This document shows positions 1 through 11,799 of a stretch of DNA of 64,000 bases, piece by piece. Every line of letters starts with the position of its first letter. Position 1 is the stretch's first letter. Position numbers and translations under genes: made by a program. Origin of the DNA: Scyliorhinus canicula (taxonomy: Eukaryota); the NCBI RefSeq assembly GCF_902713615.1, contig NC_052149.1, positions 173,341,126-173,405,125 on the forward strand, given 5' to 3'. The notes beneath the pieces are model-generated. The model saw only the letters and a list, made by a program, of their open reading frames with translations. It was not told where the DNA came from and did no database searches.

Positions 1-130
1 GTCTCCAGCATACGCTCCTCCCCTAAGGTCCAGCATCGCTGCTTTATATAGTAGCATCTGTGGCTCCCTCTAGTGGTTATTCATGGTACTACATCAACCC
101 TTGTAATGCTGATAGTTTTGATAATACCAC
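1..130 (-). mobile_element. 5' part of an LTR nested inside the Gypsy gag; runs off the window
   Basis: Minus strand begins TGTGGTATTA at 130 and contains CCACTAGAGGGAGC and TATATAAA. It cuts the gag remnant abruptly and differs from the LTR at 684-896. Confidence 0.65.
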
Positions 131-592
131 AAGCGCCAATGCTCAGACTCTTTTAAGACCAAGGGTGGGTTCTGAAAGCAGTTTTCTCTGTGTTGCGATG
201 TTGTTTATCCTGCATACCAGCTGGTCTCGTAGCATCTCCAGCAGGGATGGCCCATAGTCACAGGACTCAGTCAGTTGCCTGAGCCTGGTCAGAAACTCCA
301 TTACAGATTCTCCAGGGCTTCTTCCAGCTGTATTAAACCTGTAGAATCTGTAGAACCAATCGCAGTTGTTTGCTATTAAGTCTACGAGCTAAGTAAACAT
401 TTTTGAGTCCGGGTAAGTCAGGCTCTCAATGACGTTGAACATTTGGGCTCCACAAGCGGTCCAAAGGATTGCGTTCTGTTGGCGGTCATCATCTATGCCA
501 TTCTCACACAAGAAATAGTGCATTCTTTGGGTGTACTGGGACCAATTCTCCAAGCCCGTATCATATGGCTCAAGTTTCCCGAATAACAGCAT
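131..592 (-). pseudogene. Gypsy LTR retrotransposon gag remnant
   Basis: MLLFGKLEPYDTGLENWSQYTQRMHYFLCENGI...AILWTACG, then YRFNTAGRSPGESVMEFLTRLRQLTESCDYG...LRDQLVC, with stops; typical Gypsy gag N-terminus. Confidence 0.85.
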
Positions 593-671
593 TTCTGGGT
601 TCTCTTTGTCCACTTCTTTACGGAGGCATTTTTTTTCCTTAAGCAGGGCTGCCCAGAATCCCATTCTTACT

Positions 672-896
672 CCTCGTTGCCAGTGCAGTAATCCAGGAGA
701 CATGATGATAAAGATTAAATCAAATTTATTTTAACTCAAAAGTAAAGCCACACTGGGTCTGGAATGGCATTTAAAGGGCTGGATAATGAGTCCCAGCTGG
801 ACGGGCCTCCGTCCGTTACCATGGGAACTCGTACTCCATGAGCCCCACGAAGAAATCAATGAGTAATCCCTCGTGGTCCTCGTGAGGGTCTTCACA
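672..896 (-). mobile_element. Gypsy 5' LTR (684-896) plus primer-binding site
   Basis: Minus strand TGTGAAGA...TACTGCA with internal AATAAA, followed by PBS-like TGGCAACGAGG (682-672) just upstream of gag. Confidence 0.8.
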
Positions 897-1457
897 GGAA
901 ACCAAGGAAGAATAATGAGGTTTCAATGAAAAAAATTCTGTTGCTGTTTCTTTCCTCTGTAGGATAGTTCGAGCAAGAAAGTATATCAGTTAAAACTGTT
1001 GTATTGCAGAGAGTGTTAATGAACTAATTTAAAATAGATCTACAATTATTTAACATAACGAAGGATCTGTTCCACATACAAAGGTATCCACCACTTTTTC
1101 AATGCTATTACCTCCATTTATATGCAAATTTTCCCATTAAACATAATAGCAGTGTGAATAAAGACATGGTAATTTAGCCCATAAAATTATTCAATGTAGC
1201 ACATTTTCTCTTTCATTATCATAAGCACAACATAATTTGCATAACCCAACAATTACAATTGAATTTCCACTTTTACTCCCCGCTAATATTTTTTACGTAT
1301 GTCCAAAGCAACTCCTTTCCTTCATATCCATATATACACTTGAGTGCTATTTCACACAGTAATTGTGTCTCACATTCAGGGCCTACAGAGGAATAAAAGA
1401 GTTCCAGTCATAAGCTGGAGCCTATTCCATTCAAGAAGATAATGGCTGATCTGTTGA

Positions 1458-1675
1458 GGAGGTCGTTTAGCTCAGTTGGCTGGATAGCTAGTTCATGATG
1501 CAGGGAGGCGGCATCAACATGGATTCAATTACCTCACTGACTGAGGTTATCCATGAAGGCCCCATCTTCTCAACCTTGCTCCTTGCCTGTGGCGACCCTC
1601 AGTCTAAATCACCAGCAGTCAGCTCTCTCTCAAAAAGGGAAAGCAGCCTATGGTCCTTGGGGACTACGGTGATGC
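1458..1675 (+). mobile_element. tRNA-derived SINE (family A)
   Basis: A-box-like TAGCTCAGTTGG head and B-box-like GGATTCAATT; a reverse-complement copy lies at 7262-7457. Confidence 0.75.
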
Positions 1676-1766
1676 TAAATTTCTGATCTGTTGATATGTG
1701 TCCAACCTCCATTACCATCCTTGGCTTTATAATCTCTTATCACCTTTGGTGAGCACAAATATCTCC

Positions 1767-2075
1767 TCAGTAGCACAGTGGGTAGCACTGTTGCTTCACA
1801 GTGCCAGGGTCCCAGGTTCGATTCCCGGCTTGGGTCACTGTCTGTGTGAAGTCTGCACATTCTCCCCATGTCTGCGTGGGTTTCTTCCGGGTGTTCCGAT
1901 TTCCTCCCACAAGTTCTGAAAGAGGTGCTGTTCGGTGAATTGGACATTCTGAATTCTCCATGTGTACCCAAACAGGCGCCGGAATGTGGTGACTAGGGGC
2001 TTTTCACAGTAACTTCATTGCAGTGTTAATGTAAGCCTACTTGTGACAATAAAGATTATATTATATTATTTTATA
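1767..2075 (+). mobile_element. HE1-like V-SINE with Rex1-like hairpin tail
   Basis: tRNA head (GCACAGTGG...GGTTCGATTCCCGG), V-domain (tctgcacattctccccatgtctgcgtgggttt), tail cttttcacagtaac...gtgacaataaag then (tta)n. Confidence 0.85.
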
Positions 2076-2127
2076 TTATATCAAATTTAAAATGATTAAC
2101 TTTTTCTGACAGAGAGTTCTACTCTTC

Positions 2128-2318
2128 TATGAAATGAAATTAAATGAAAATCGCTTATTGCCACAAGTAGGCTTCAAATGAAGTTACTGTGAAAAGCCCC
2201 TAGTCGCCACATTCCGGCGCCTGTTCGGGGAGGCTGGTACGGGAATTGAACTGAGCTGCTGGCCTGCCTTGGTCTGCTTTAAAAGCCAGCGATTTAGCCC
2301 TGTGCTAAACCAGCCCCT
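2128..2318 (-). mobile_element. Short tRNA SINE lacking the V-domain, with the same hairpin tail
   Basis: Minus strand GGGGCTGGTTTAGCACAGGGCTAAA...GTTCAATTCCCGT...cttttcacagtaac...caataagcg(tttca)n. Further copies at 33763-33936 and 34170-34318; tail-only pieces at 31870-31940 and 58270-58352. Confidence 0.85.
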
Positions 2319-3101
2319 AGTCTTCATATGAAAGCTGTTTCCTAACTTCTTTCCTGAATGAGATGCTTAAGGTTAGACATCTCCCAACAGAAAAATGTTT
2401 CTCTTTTTAACCTATTCATTCCTTTCAAAATTCTCAACCGCCAATAATATTACCCTTTTACCGTCCACATTCCAGGGCATACTAATCTAGATGTAATCTC
2501 TCCCTATACTTCAATCCTTGGAGCTCTGGTAACATTCTGGTGAGCCTGCTCTGCAATCCTTCGAAGACAATCTATGCTTTCTAAGGTCTGGTGGCCAAAA
2601 GTGTACAACTTACTCCAGACATGTTCTAAGCAAGGCTACAGCTGCAGCAAAACATCCACCTCAACACTCCTACCCCATCATCACCTGCATCTCCCTATAT
2701 TGAAGTTCTCTACACCGCCTGTATTCCCCTAGAGTAAAGCTCTCTAGTTATAAAGGCTAACATTCATCAGCATTTTTGACATTTCAGAGCATCACCCCTA
2801 CATTTTAGGACTATTTTGGGCTTTCACTGCACTTAATACACAAAGATACTTTCTTGGTCCAAAGCAGACGATGTTATACTTATTTGGATTGAAGCCTATT
2901 TGCCAGAGTTTTGCCCATTCACTTAATCTATCAGTGTCCCCCTATAATTTTGTGCTCCCATCTCTACTAATCCAACACACGGTGTCCACTGAAAATCTGG
3001 GTACATTGAGCTGGATTCTCCGGTTCAGAGTGTTGACGTCGGGACTGAATCAGTGGACCTCTACGACCACCAAATTGGCGCCTGTCCTGGAGCAATTCAT
3101 G

Positions 3102-3258
3102 GGCCGGGATTCTCCGTCCCACTGCGCCACATTTCTGCCCTGACTGGCCGGTGGGATTCTCCGTTACACCAGCCGGTCAATGTGGGGCAGCCCCACGCCA
3201 TTGGGAAACCCCCGGGCGCCGGCATAACGGAGAATCATGCCTGTGGAGAATCCCGGCC
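3102..3258. mobile_element. 157-bp Harbinger MITE nested in the Harbinger left end
   Basis: TIRs ggccgggattctcc / ggagaatcccggcc; ATG TSD at 3099-3101 and 3259-3261. Confidence 0.85.
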
Positions 3259-3421
3259 ATGGTCCGTTAATGGACTAGCACCGGCGCCATGTGGAACTCA
3301 AGTGCTTCCAATGACAAACGTGTCCGATTCGCCGTGATCGGGATGGACACTTGAGAGGCTGACATGCAACAGCCACATATTAGCACTCCACTCCCCACAC
3401 ACATTTATGCCAGCCAACGAA

Positions 3422-5656
3422 ATGTCAACACGAAGAGAAGCACCCTGGTTCACGGATGCAGAGCTGGAGACCCTGCTGGACACCAGGGATGAGAGGCCAG
3501 CAACCCTGTTCCCTGGGGTGGGAAGGAGGCTGCCATCCGCCGCCGTACACGGAGGTCGTGAGCGCTATGGGCCTCAGCATCAGGCCTGGCCAGCAGTGAT
3601 GGAAGAAGCTGCACGACCACCTCAGAGCAGCTCGGATGAGCAGCCAGCACTATGCCCCTGGCACCAATATCCGTCCCACACAACCCCACCTCTCCCAGAC
3701 GTGGACGGGACCAAACCTCACCCGCTGACCGTTTGCTCGCACCCCACCCTGCACCACATGCCAGCACCAATATCAGCCGCCGTAGCTGGGTGTCCTCACC
3801 ACAAAGGCCACCAGCTGCCCACCTCCTGTGCCACACATGCCCGACTACCTAACACCTTATACTATCTCCCCTGCCCTCAGGAGAATGCAGCACACAATTG
3901 CAGGGAGAGAGAGAATACCAGAGTGGGACGGCCAGACCTGCAGCCCCTCACTGTCCCGGAGCGCCAGGCACAGAACTTGGTTGGTGGGCCCGGAGAGAGG
4001 CAGTCGCTGAGGTAGAGGTTGCTATCAGACAAGCAAGCTGAATTGGTGTGGGGGTGGTGGGGTGATGCGGGCAAGCAAGTGAGCCCCCACTGAGTTGAAG
4101 TGACCCTATGGCACAACTCCCACCACTCCCACACCACCTACACACAACCCCATCATCCCACAAAACCCCACCCACACCCACCAACACCACCCCACTTCCC
4201 CCACACCACCCCACTACCCTCACACCACTCACACCACTCGCACACCACCCCACCACCCCCAAACCACCCGACTACCCAACCATCCCCACACCATCTCACT
4301 AACCCCACACCACCCTACTAACCCCACACCACCCCCTCCCCACCCCAACCCGCAATCTAACCGTGTGTCATGTCTTGTATTTTGCATGATCACCTGGTGA
4401 CGAGGCCCTTCTGGAGTCCCCCATCCCCAGCCACAACCGTAAGACAACATCAGCGAATGGCAGCAACGGACAGCAATGCCAGCCCCTTGACGCCAGCCCG
4501 CGACAACCCAGAGCACCAGTCCAGGGAAGACACTGACTTCCATCACACCTGTCTCCAACTCCCTCCACCATCGCAGAGAGACTCACCTCGGTTGGGCACT
4601 TTTGTGAAGAGGTTCCTGGGGGACTATCTGGTGAGCACCACACAAGTGCAGTGGTACATCAGGTGGAGGGAGGACCCACGAAGGGGGCGGATATTTGGAG
4701 GGGGATCTGACCCCCCAGCTGCTGTCCAAAAAAGTCTCGGACTTCTGAAAAGGGCGGTCCCATCAATGTAGGAGATGCAGACACAGAGACCAGGACTAGA
4801 TGAGGAGTTGTCAGCAACCATCCAGCGGCTGCAGGTGCAGTTAGAGGAGTCCAACCACCTGCAGTGGCAGGAGGTGGTGTCGGCCATGCAAGCTACCCAG
4901 GTCAACACCACACAGGAGGCGTCTGTGGTGGAGGCCCAGAGTCAAAGGTATCGGCCAAGGGGCAGGATATCCAAGGCTTAGGCCACTCAGTGCAGGCGAT
5001 GGCAGAGGCACAGGGCACGGCTGGCCAGGCAGCTATGTAACAGGGCCACTTGGACATTGCAGTGGCACTCCAGACTTTGGCCCAGTCACAAGAGATCATG
5101 GCTGCGGAAGTCGATGGCATTGCCCGGGTGCTGGCGGACCTCAGCCAGTCCCAGAGAGACCTGGCATGGTCCCAGAGGGTGGTGGCCCAGTCGTTATGCT
5201 CCATGGCGGCGAGCATAGAGACCCTGTCCAAGACAAGAGCGGGCCTCCAGGACTGACAGCGCCAGGTAGTGGAGAAGCTCTCGGAGCTCGCTCCAACCAC
5301 ACCCCCATTCCAAGGAGTAGCCTGGAGGCCATCGGGCACCCTGAGGGAGGAGGAGGGGATAGGGGCCATGCCGATGAGCTCCACAGCAAGGTGTGCTGGA
5401 ACACCACAATGCATTGCACTCCCCCACCCCTGTCCCTGACACAACCAATGGGCGATGGGCAGAGCAGGGTGGCACCATGCCACCTGGGTCACCCGAGAGA
5501 CTTTCAGGACCATCCAAATCCATTTGTGCCAGAGGACGGCCGCCAAAGGGGACCCAGGTCACAGGGTGGGCATTGCGGCACACTTCCTCCACCCCTGATG
5601 TACCGCCTGGGGATCCACATAGAGGTAGCATAGAGCCCGTAAGGTCAGAAAGTTAG
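3422..5656 (+). pseudogene. Harbinger Myb/SANT-like DNA-binding protein gene, three exons, disrupted
   Basis: MSTRREAPWFTDAELETLLD...TLFPG N-terminus; acceptor ccctcag|GAG at 3880/3881; donor GTGAG at 4079; coiled-coil-like segment (LSATIQRLQVQLEE, LAQSQ repeats); frameshifts and stops. Confidence 0.75.
4110..4350. repeat. C/A-rich low-complexity tract in the Harbinger Myb-gene intron
   Basis: Imperfect (CCA/CACC)n between the donor at 4079 and a degenerate acceptor near 4387. Confidence 0.8.
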
Positions 5657-5899
5657 ACACCAGTTAAGTTGGCACAGGTGCAGCACATAGGATAGCGTTA
5701 AGGAAAGGGTACAGACTTGTACAAAAATGTTCACCTTTTCCCAATAAACACCTGTGCACGAACATTTCAATCTACCTCAGTGCTCTGTCAGGGGGTGTAA
5801 GAGATCGACTGGGTTGGCTGCACGGGCGGGAGTGGTCAGCTAGGGGTAGATGGGGTTGTGGGGGTGGGATGGGATGTTTGTGCCGCCAACTAGGCCCCC

Positions 5900-6143
5900 T
5901 AGTTGGTGAACGTGGAAGCAATTAGAACGCACATATTCTGTGACCTCCCGTGTCTGCCCGGGCCCCATATCCTACCCATCCTCCCTCTCCCCCGCATCCT
6001 TCTCGTCGGACGAGAAGTGGCGTTCATCCTCCTCCAGCATGTCGCCCAACTGCTGCGCGATGTTGTGGATGACGCAGCAGGCTACCACAATGTTGGAGGC
6101 TCTCCCAGCGCTACATTAGAGGACCCCCCAAGAGTGGTCCAGT
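5900..6143 (-). pseudogene. Harbinger (HARBI1-like) transposase C-terminal fragment
   Basis: Minus strand reads LDHS.GG/L*CSAGRASNIVVACCVIHNIAQQLGDMLEEDE...LIASTFTN*; IVxACCxLHN is the Harbinger DDE transposase C-terminal motif. Confidence 0.85.
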
Positions 6144-6754
6144 GAATTGTTTAGGTCCCAAAGACAGATTAATTTTCTTCATGTTAGACATAATGGTTGA
6201 AGCTTTCCAGCCATTCATGCCGGTGAAATCTCCCAATGGCACATCCCCGGCATGGGTTTCACAGCAGCGAGGGGTGCATTCAACGGGAAACCCCGTTGAA
6301 AATGGTGGGACGAGAAAATCCCGCCACAGGCCAGTGGTGAGCGTGTTTTGCAGTGGGTTGTGTGGTAAATCCTGCCCACTCTCTCTTCTACGGCAGAACT
6401 GATCTCTCAACCAGGTCAATAATTTTTCATCATTTCTATGAGCTTTAACTCTTCTGAACCCCATCTACCCCTAGCTGACCACTCCCTCCCGTGCAGCCAA
6501 CCCAGTCGATCTCTCACACCCCCTGACAGAGCACTGAGGTAGATTGAAATGTTTGTGCACAAGTGCTTTCTGAACAAGTAAAAACATGTTTTATTACATA
6601 GAATTGCATAGAATATATGGCACAGAAATAGACCAATCATCTGTATCGGTGCTTATATTCCATACAAATCTACTCCCATATTCCATTGACCTCACCTCAT
6701 TTCAGTATATCTTCCTATTCCATTTTTCCTCCTGTACCAGTCTATTTATTTTCG

Positions 6755-7223
6755 AATACATAAGAACTAGGAGCAGGAGTAACCCATCTGGCCCCTCGAG
6801 CCTGCTCCGCCATTTAATGAGATCGTGGCTGATCTTTTGTGGACTCAGCTCCACTTTCCAGCCCGAACACCATAACCCTTAATCCCTTTATTCTTCAAAA
6901 AACTATCTATCTTTATCTTAAAAACATTTAATGAAGGAGCCTCAACTGCTTCACTGGGCAAGGAATTCTGTAGATTCACACCCTTTGGGTGAAGAAGTTC
7001 CTTTTAAACTCAGTCCTAAATCTACTTCCCCTTATTTTGAGGCAGTTCCCCCTAGTTCTGCTTTCACCCGCCAGTGGAAACAACCTGCCCGCATCTATCC
7101 TATCTATTCCCTTCATAATTTTATATGTTTCTATAAAATCCCCCTCATCCTTCTAAATTCCAACGAGTACAGTCCCAGTCTACTCAACCTCTCCTCGTAA
7201 TCCAACCCCTTCAGCTCTGGAAT
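6755..7223 (-). mobile_element. CR1 (HER1-like) LINE 3' end
   Basis: Minus strand YEERLSRLGLYSLEFRRMRGDFIETYKI plus the CR1 3' UTR stem and tail. Confidence 0.9.
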
Positions 7224-7261
7224 ACGTGAAAGAAATAAATTAAAAGTCGACATATTCTCCA

Positions 7262-7457
7262 AGGGCATCGGCTACCCTCCCCTTTTGAGAGAGAGCTGAC
7301 TGGTGGAGATTTAATCTGAGAGTCACCATGCCTCAGGCAAGAGGCAAGGTTGAGAAGCTTTGGCCTTCATGGTTAACCACATCGGGTCAGGAATTGAACC
7401 CTCACTGTTGGTGTCGCTCCGCATCACAAATCAGGCATCCAGCCAACTGAGCTAACC
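7262..7457 (-). mobile_element. tRNA-derived SINE (family A)
   Basis: Reverse complement of the 1458-1675 family (gagagagctgactggtg, cagccaactgagcta). Confidence 0.75.
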
Positions 7458-7478
7458 AAAAACCTTTTGAATACATAT

Positions 7479-8157
7479 AGGCGCAATCTAACATCTACAC
7501 TGCCCCCGAAAAGCAGCTTGCCGCGGAGCAGTGTGGCCGATAGAAGCTGGGAGGTCCCGTCCCGGGATTGACCTGGCTTGCAACGGCGATCCCTAATGCA
7601 ATCTCACGAGATGTTGCAATTTAAATCCCATACATCGTGGGCGAGATCACTTTCTAGCAAATCTGCATATTAGAACGAGACAGCTAGTCTCATTGGAGGC
7701 GCCCAGCTTCATTCCCTTTGGGCAGGGTAGTACCCTGGCATTGTTAGCCTGACACCCTGGTAGTGCCAGCCTGGCACTGCAAGGTACTCAGGTGGCATTG
7801 CCAGCGGATAGGGACAAGGTGACATTTTATGTGTGCTGACGATTGGGCAGGGGGTGCCCTGTACGGGTGTTGCAGGGTGCGGGGGGGGGGGGGGGGGGGG
7901 GGGGGGTGGTTGGTGATTGCACCGGGGGCCTCTGAGATCAGGATGTCATCTCGCTTTCCTGAGGATTTCTGCTGAGCGGAGCTCCTCTGTAGAAAACGGG
8001 GCTATGTGCGGCCTCGGCCGCGCATTCTCCGCTAAGGCCCCTTATTTAACGTGAGTGGCGTTGCATAGCCATGTATTTCTCGGCTCTACGAGCACCGTGA
8101 AACACACCGCAAAAAGCGCTCGCTCGGGACTTTGTTCCCATTTAGTTGAATCGCACA
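7479..8157. mobile_element. Harbinger-type MITE with central poly-G
   Basis: Degenerate TIRs ggcgcaatctaac / gttgaatcgcac, A/T 3-bp flanks (TAT or ATA) on both sides, CpG-rich body, G-run at 7881-7906. Confidence 0.65.
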
Positions 8158-8715
8158 TATAAACTATTCGTCTCAACCAAGTCCTGTGGTAGAGTTCTAC
8201 ATTTTAACTATTTTCTGGGTAAATAAATTTCTCATTATTTTCCTATTGAGATTATTAGTAATTATTTATGGCTCCTAAATTTGGACTCTCCCACAAGTGG
8301 AAAGATTCTCGGCACATCTACACAGTCTAACCATTCAGAAATTTAAAGATTTCATCAAGTTTCCTCTAAGTCTTCTCTTTGCTGAAGTAACAAGACCTAA
8401 GTCTTTGCCAACGACATAGCCTCAGTTTGAAATAATAATGCATATCAGGGCAAATTGAAAATGTAAGCTGAGGAAATCCCAAGCCATTAATTCATTCAAA
8501 ACTCAGTTGTTTGCCATGGTATCCTGTCCCATTTGCAGATGAACTTAGAGGATGAGACTCCAGACTCAGGTCAACCTTAGCAGTCATCTGTGTACCCAAT
8601 GGATAACGGATTTCAATGCATATATGTATGACGTTTACTTTTGATGCAACTGTGCATATCACTTCAGGGCAGTGAAGTGCTGCTGGGCCTAAGTTTGGGC
8701 ATATTGAGAGACAGT

Positions 8716-9416
8716 GGGCGGGATTTTCTGATCCTGAGGCCAAGTGTTGACGCCGTCGTAAACAGCATCGTGTTTGACGACAGCGCCAACATGACCTCAG
8801 GAGCAGCGATTCTGAGCCCCTCAGTAGGCCAGCATGGCATTGAAGCGACCCACACCGCTCCAGCTGCGAATACCGGCTTCAAATGGGCGCCACCGGTCTG
8901 CGCATGCGCGCCGCAACCAACGCCAATGCACGCATGCGCAGTGCGACTGGCACGATTGCGCGCATGCACGGTGGCTCCCTTCTCCGTGCCGGCCTCAACG
9001 CAATATGGCGTAGGCCTACAGGGTCCGGCGCGGAGCAAAATAGGCCCCGAGCTCGAGAGGCCGGCCCGCCGATCGGTAGGCCCCGATCGCGGGCCAGGCC
9101 ACAGCAGACCCCCCCCCCCCCCCCCCCCCCAGGGTCCTACTCCCCCTCCTCCCCACCAGACATCCGCCGGATGGATGCACACCGAGGTCCCACCAGGTAA
9201 GACCACACGTGGACGGCGGGACTCGGATTTTCTTTGCGGCCACTCGGCCCATCCTGGGCGGAGAATCGCTGGGGGGGGGGCACGTAGAGCGCCCTCCGAC
9301 CGGCGCCCCGCCAACCGCGCGTGCGCCAATGGTGCCAATTCTCCGCTCTCCGGAGAATCGGCGGATCGGCGTCACATGATTCGCACCCGGCCCGGCGTGG
9401 CTGGAGAATCCCGCCC
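8716..9416. mobile_element. Harbinger MITE
   Basis: TIRs gggcgggattttct / ggagaatcccgccc; AGT TSD at 8713-8715 and 9417-9419; central poly-C. Confidence 0.9.
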
Positions 9417-11799
9417 AGTATTTTGGGGTACAGGAGAATTGGGGATGCAAAAATCTGGAAGAACTAGGAGCATTGTGGAATTTGGATCAGTTGTAGCTTA
9501 GTGAGTATTGGATAGGGGCTACTGAACCCTGTTAGGTGCCAGAGCCAGAGAGGATGATATCCTATGGCATCACTGGGAAGGAGTAGTCTGTGGGAAAAAT
9601 GGGAGTTGCATGGAAGAGTTTGGGGCTGAGTGCCATATATTGCAAAGCTGGATGGGTAAGCTTGTGGTGGCACATCACTGGGTTACTGGGAGGAACGTGT
9701 GAGAGAATGTGCAAAGACATATTGGCCTGAAGATTTCAATGGGTGGAAATGATGGTGGTGGGATGGGTGCAATAGATGAGTGTGCCTGAGAAGTTGTGAA
9801 AGGTGATTTCCTTGGGGATGGTTTGTCAGTGGTAAAATAAGGGATGGGTGCTTGGTAAGTTTGGAGGAGTAAAATGACACTATAGAATGGCAATAGGTGC
9901 CCAGATAAAGTTACATGACAGGGAGAGAAATGATGCAATTCCTTCCATTGTCCAAATGTTTAGCAAAGCACGTCGCCAACAATGACCTGGGAAAATCTGT
10001 AGTATTTAAAATACTTCACTTATAAATTTGCGGCGAGTGAAAAAAGTTGCAAATTTGTCAAGGGTTTTTACAGCAAGACTAATTGCATGAAAAGGGCAAA
10101 TTCTCATCAGTTCAGTGAATTCTATTGGATTTCTATCTGGGGCAGCTTCAAAAATGTCTCGATGGAGAAGTGCAGAATTGTGAGTAGCAACCTCTGAATC
10201 TCCATGTTTCATTGCACATATGTGGACTCCAGAAGTTGCTGTCAGTTTCAAAGGAGTAATAGTGGTGAACGTTACTGTTTTGCCGCTATTGCCACCACAA
10301 CAGTTGCTTCTATGACCTCAATACCCACTGAATTCAAAGTGCCAGTTGTAACAAACTGCTTGTAAAAAACCCAAAACTTGAAGAATTGTAATATATTATA
10401 TTTTATTGGGAAAAAATTGGAAAATATTTGGATTTGATGATAATATAATGGGAGGTTTACTCTTTAAAAAAAACTAAGACAGTTTCTTGCCTTTTGCTTG
10501 TCAGTAATAAAGGACACTTAGTCATTCATTTTGTTTTTACTATTCTCAACAAGAAAAGACAAGGATAACAAAAAGAAGTTTTAAATAACCACAACAGGGG
10601 ATATAAAGTTGGAGAAATAAATCTACAATTTGCCTTGATGTCACAAAGTAAATGTTCCATTTCAACTTTTAGAGAAGAATTCCCTCGGGATGGCAATAAT
10701 GTTTATACTATTAATTCAGAAAGCAGTAAATCAGGGTCTGTTCCAGGTCCTGACTTTTTTCCTTGTTGGCAGTAGATGATAAAACACATAAGCCGCTGAG
10801 ATAAATTTACGTGTTGTGTTGAATTCTTCTTCAATCACTGCTGGGTGAATCACATTGGCAAAGCACCAGGGGATAACTTCCTACTTTTTAAAAATCTTAA
10901 ATGGTTTCTACAAGAAAGCTTAGGGTCACGACCTGTTGCAGATAATGCTACACAATTTTCTGTCCAATCATTATTATGGTTGGGAGCCTAGAGATTGACG
11001 AGCACAGAAAGAGAAAACAGTGGTCACCATGTACAGTGTGCAGCTCTCCTTCGTAGCTAAACAGATGTTTCAACCATTCCTATGGTCCTGTCATATATTC
11101 CATCTATGTAACCTTCTAAATAAAAATAGTTCCTCCAAGTCAGTCACCATAACTGGCAATGGTCTTAGAAAGACCGATCAGCAGCGGGACAAACTGAACA
11201 TTTTACACTGAAGAGTACTGTCAGCAATGTTAATAGTCTAACATCGTCAGGCTGTTGAAGGTAGTGGAAGACTGAGGAATGCCCAGGGTTTCCTATATGT
11301 AAAAATCATTGTGTCTCTTTGATGCAACAAGTGGCAATGCTCATTCAATTACGCCACCACCACTAACACCCAATTTCCTGCCAAGAAAATGTAAATATCT
11401 GTCCAACATCTTCAGTTCTTATGTTTAGATTTAGAACAAATTATAAATCTTTGGAGACTTACATTTTCCAAGTCCCTGTATTTACACTATATGTACCTTA
11501 TAGGGTAATATAGTCAGGCTCTGCATGTGGTCAGTCAATAGGAACAAATGGACAACAGCCAGACCAAGGGGAAAGGGCACTTCACTGAAGGACAAGTTCT
11601 GCTGCTGAAGACAAGACAGCATTGTGGAGAATGTCAATTGCGATCTATAAAGAAATGCTTGGTGAATTGGCAGACCTGCTGTAGAGCCTGTTGTCACTGT
11701 AAAAGGGCCTAGAAGAGTCTAGCTTCAATTTGGCACAGACTGTGTAGCCCATCCTTTCTGATGTGGTCGGCTTTGGCAGCAGTTGTGGACCCAGACTTG

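Larger units (their letters stand above)
1385..2780 (-). mobile_element. Old CR1 3' fragment interrupted by three SINEs
   Basis: Degenerate similarity to the CR1 3' ends at 6755-7223 and 28693-29300 (e.g. atggctgatctg; aactgtacacaatactcca-like segment), split by SINEs at ~1458, 1767 and 2128. Confidence 0.55.
3008..6143 (+). mobile_element. Decayed autonomous-type PIF/Harbinger transposon, right end missing
   Basis: Left TIR gagctggattctcc at 3008, a Myb/SANT-like gene on + and the transposase C-terminus on -, arranged convergently. Confidence 0.85.

Noticed and set aside
940-1090. Strong plus-strand splice acceptor at 961-962, possibly an exon of a convergent neighbour such as FBXO38
   Set aside because: All three frames hit stops quickly and nothing is recognisable; a non-coding exon cannot be excluded.
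1767-1835. tRNA-like A/B boxes here and at other SINE heads
   Set aside because: These are SINE heads continuing into V-domains or tails; no complete cloverleaf.
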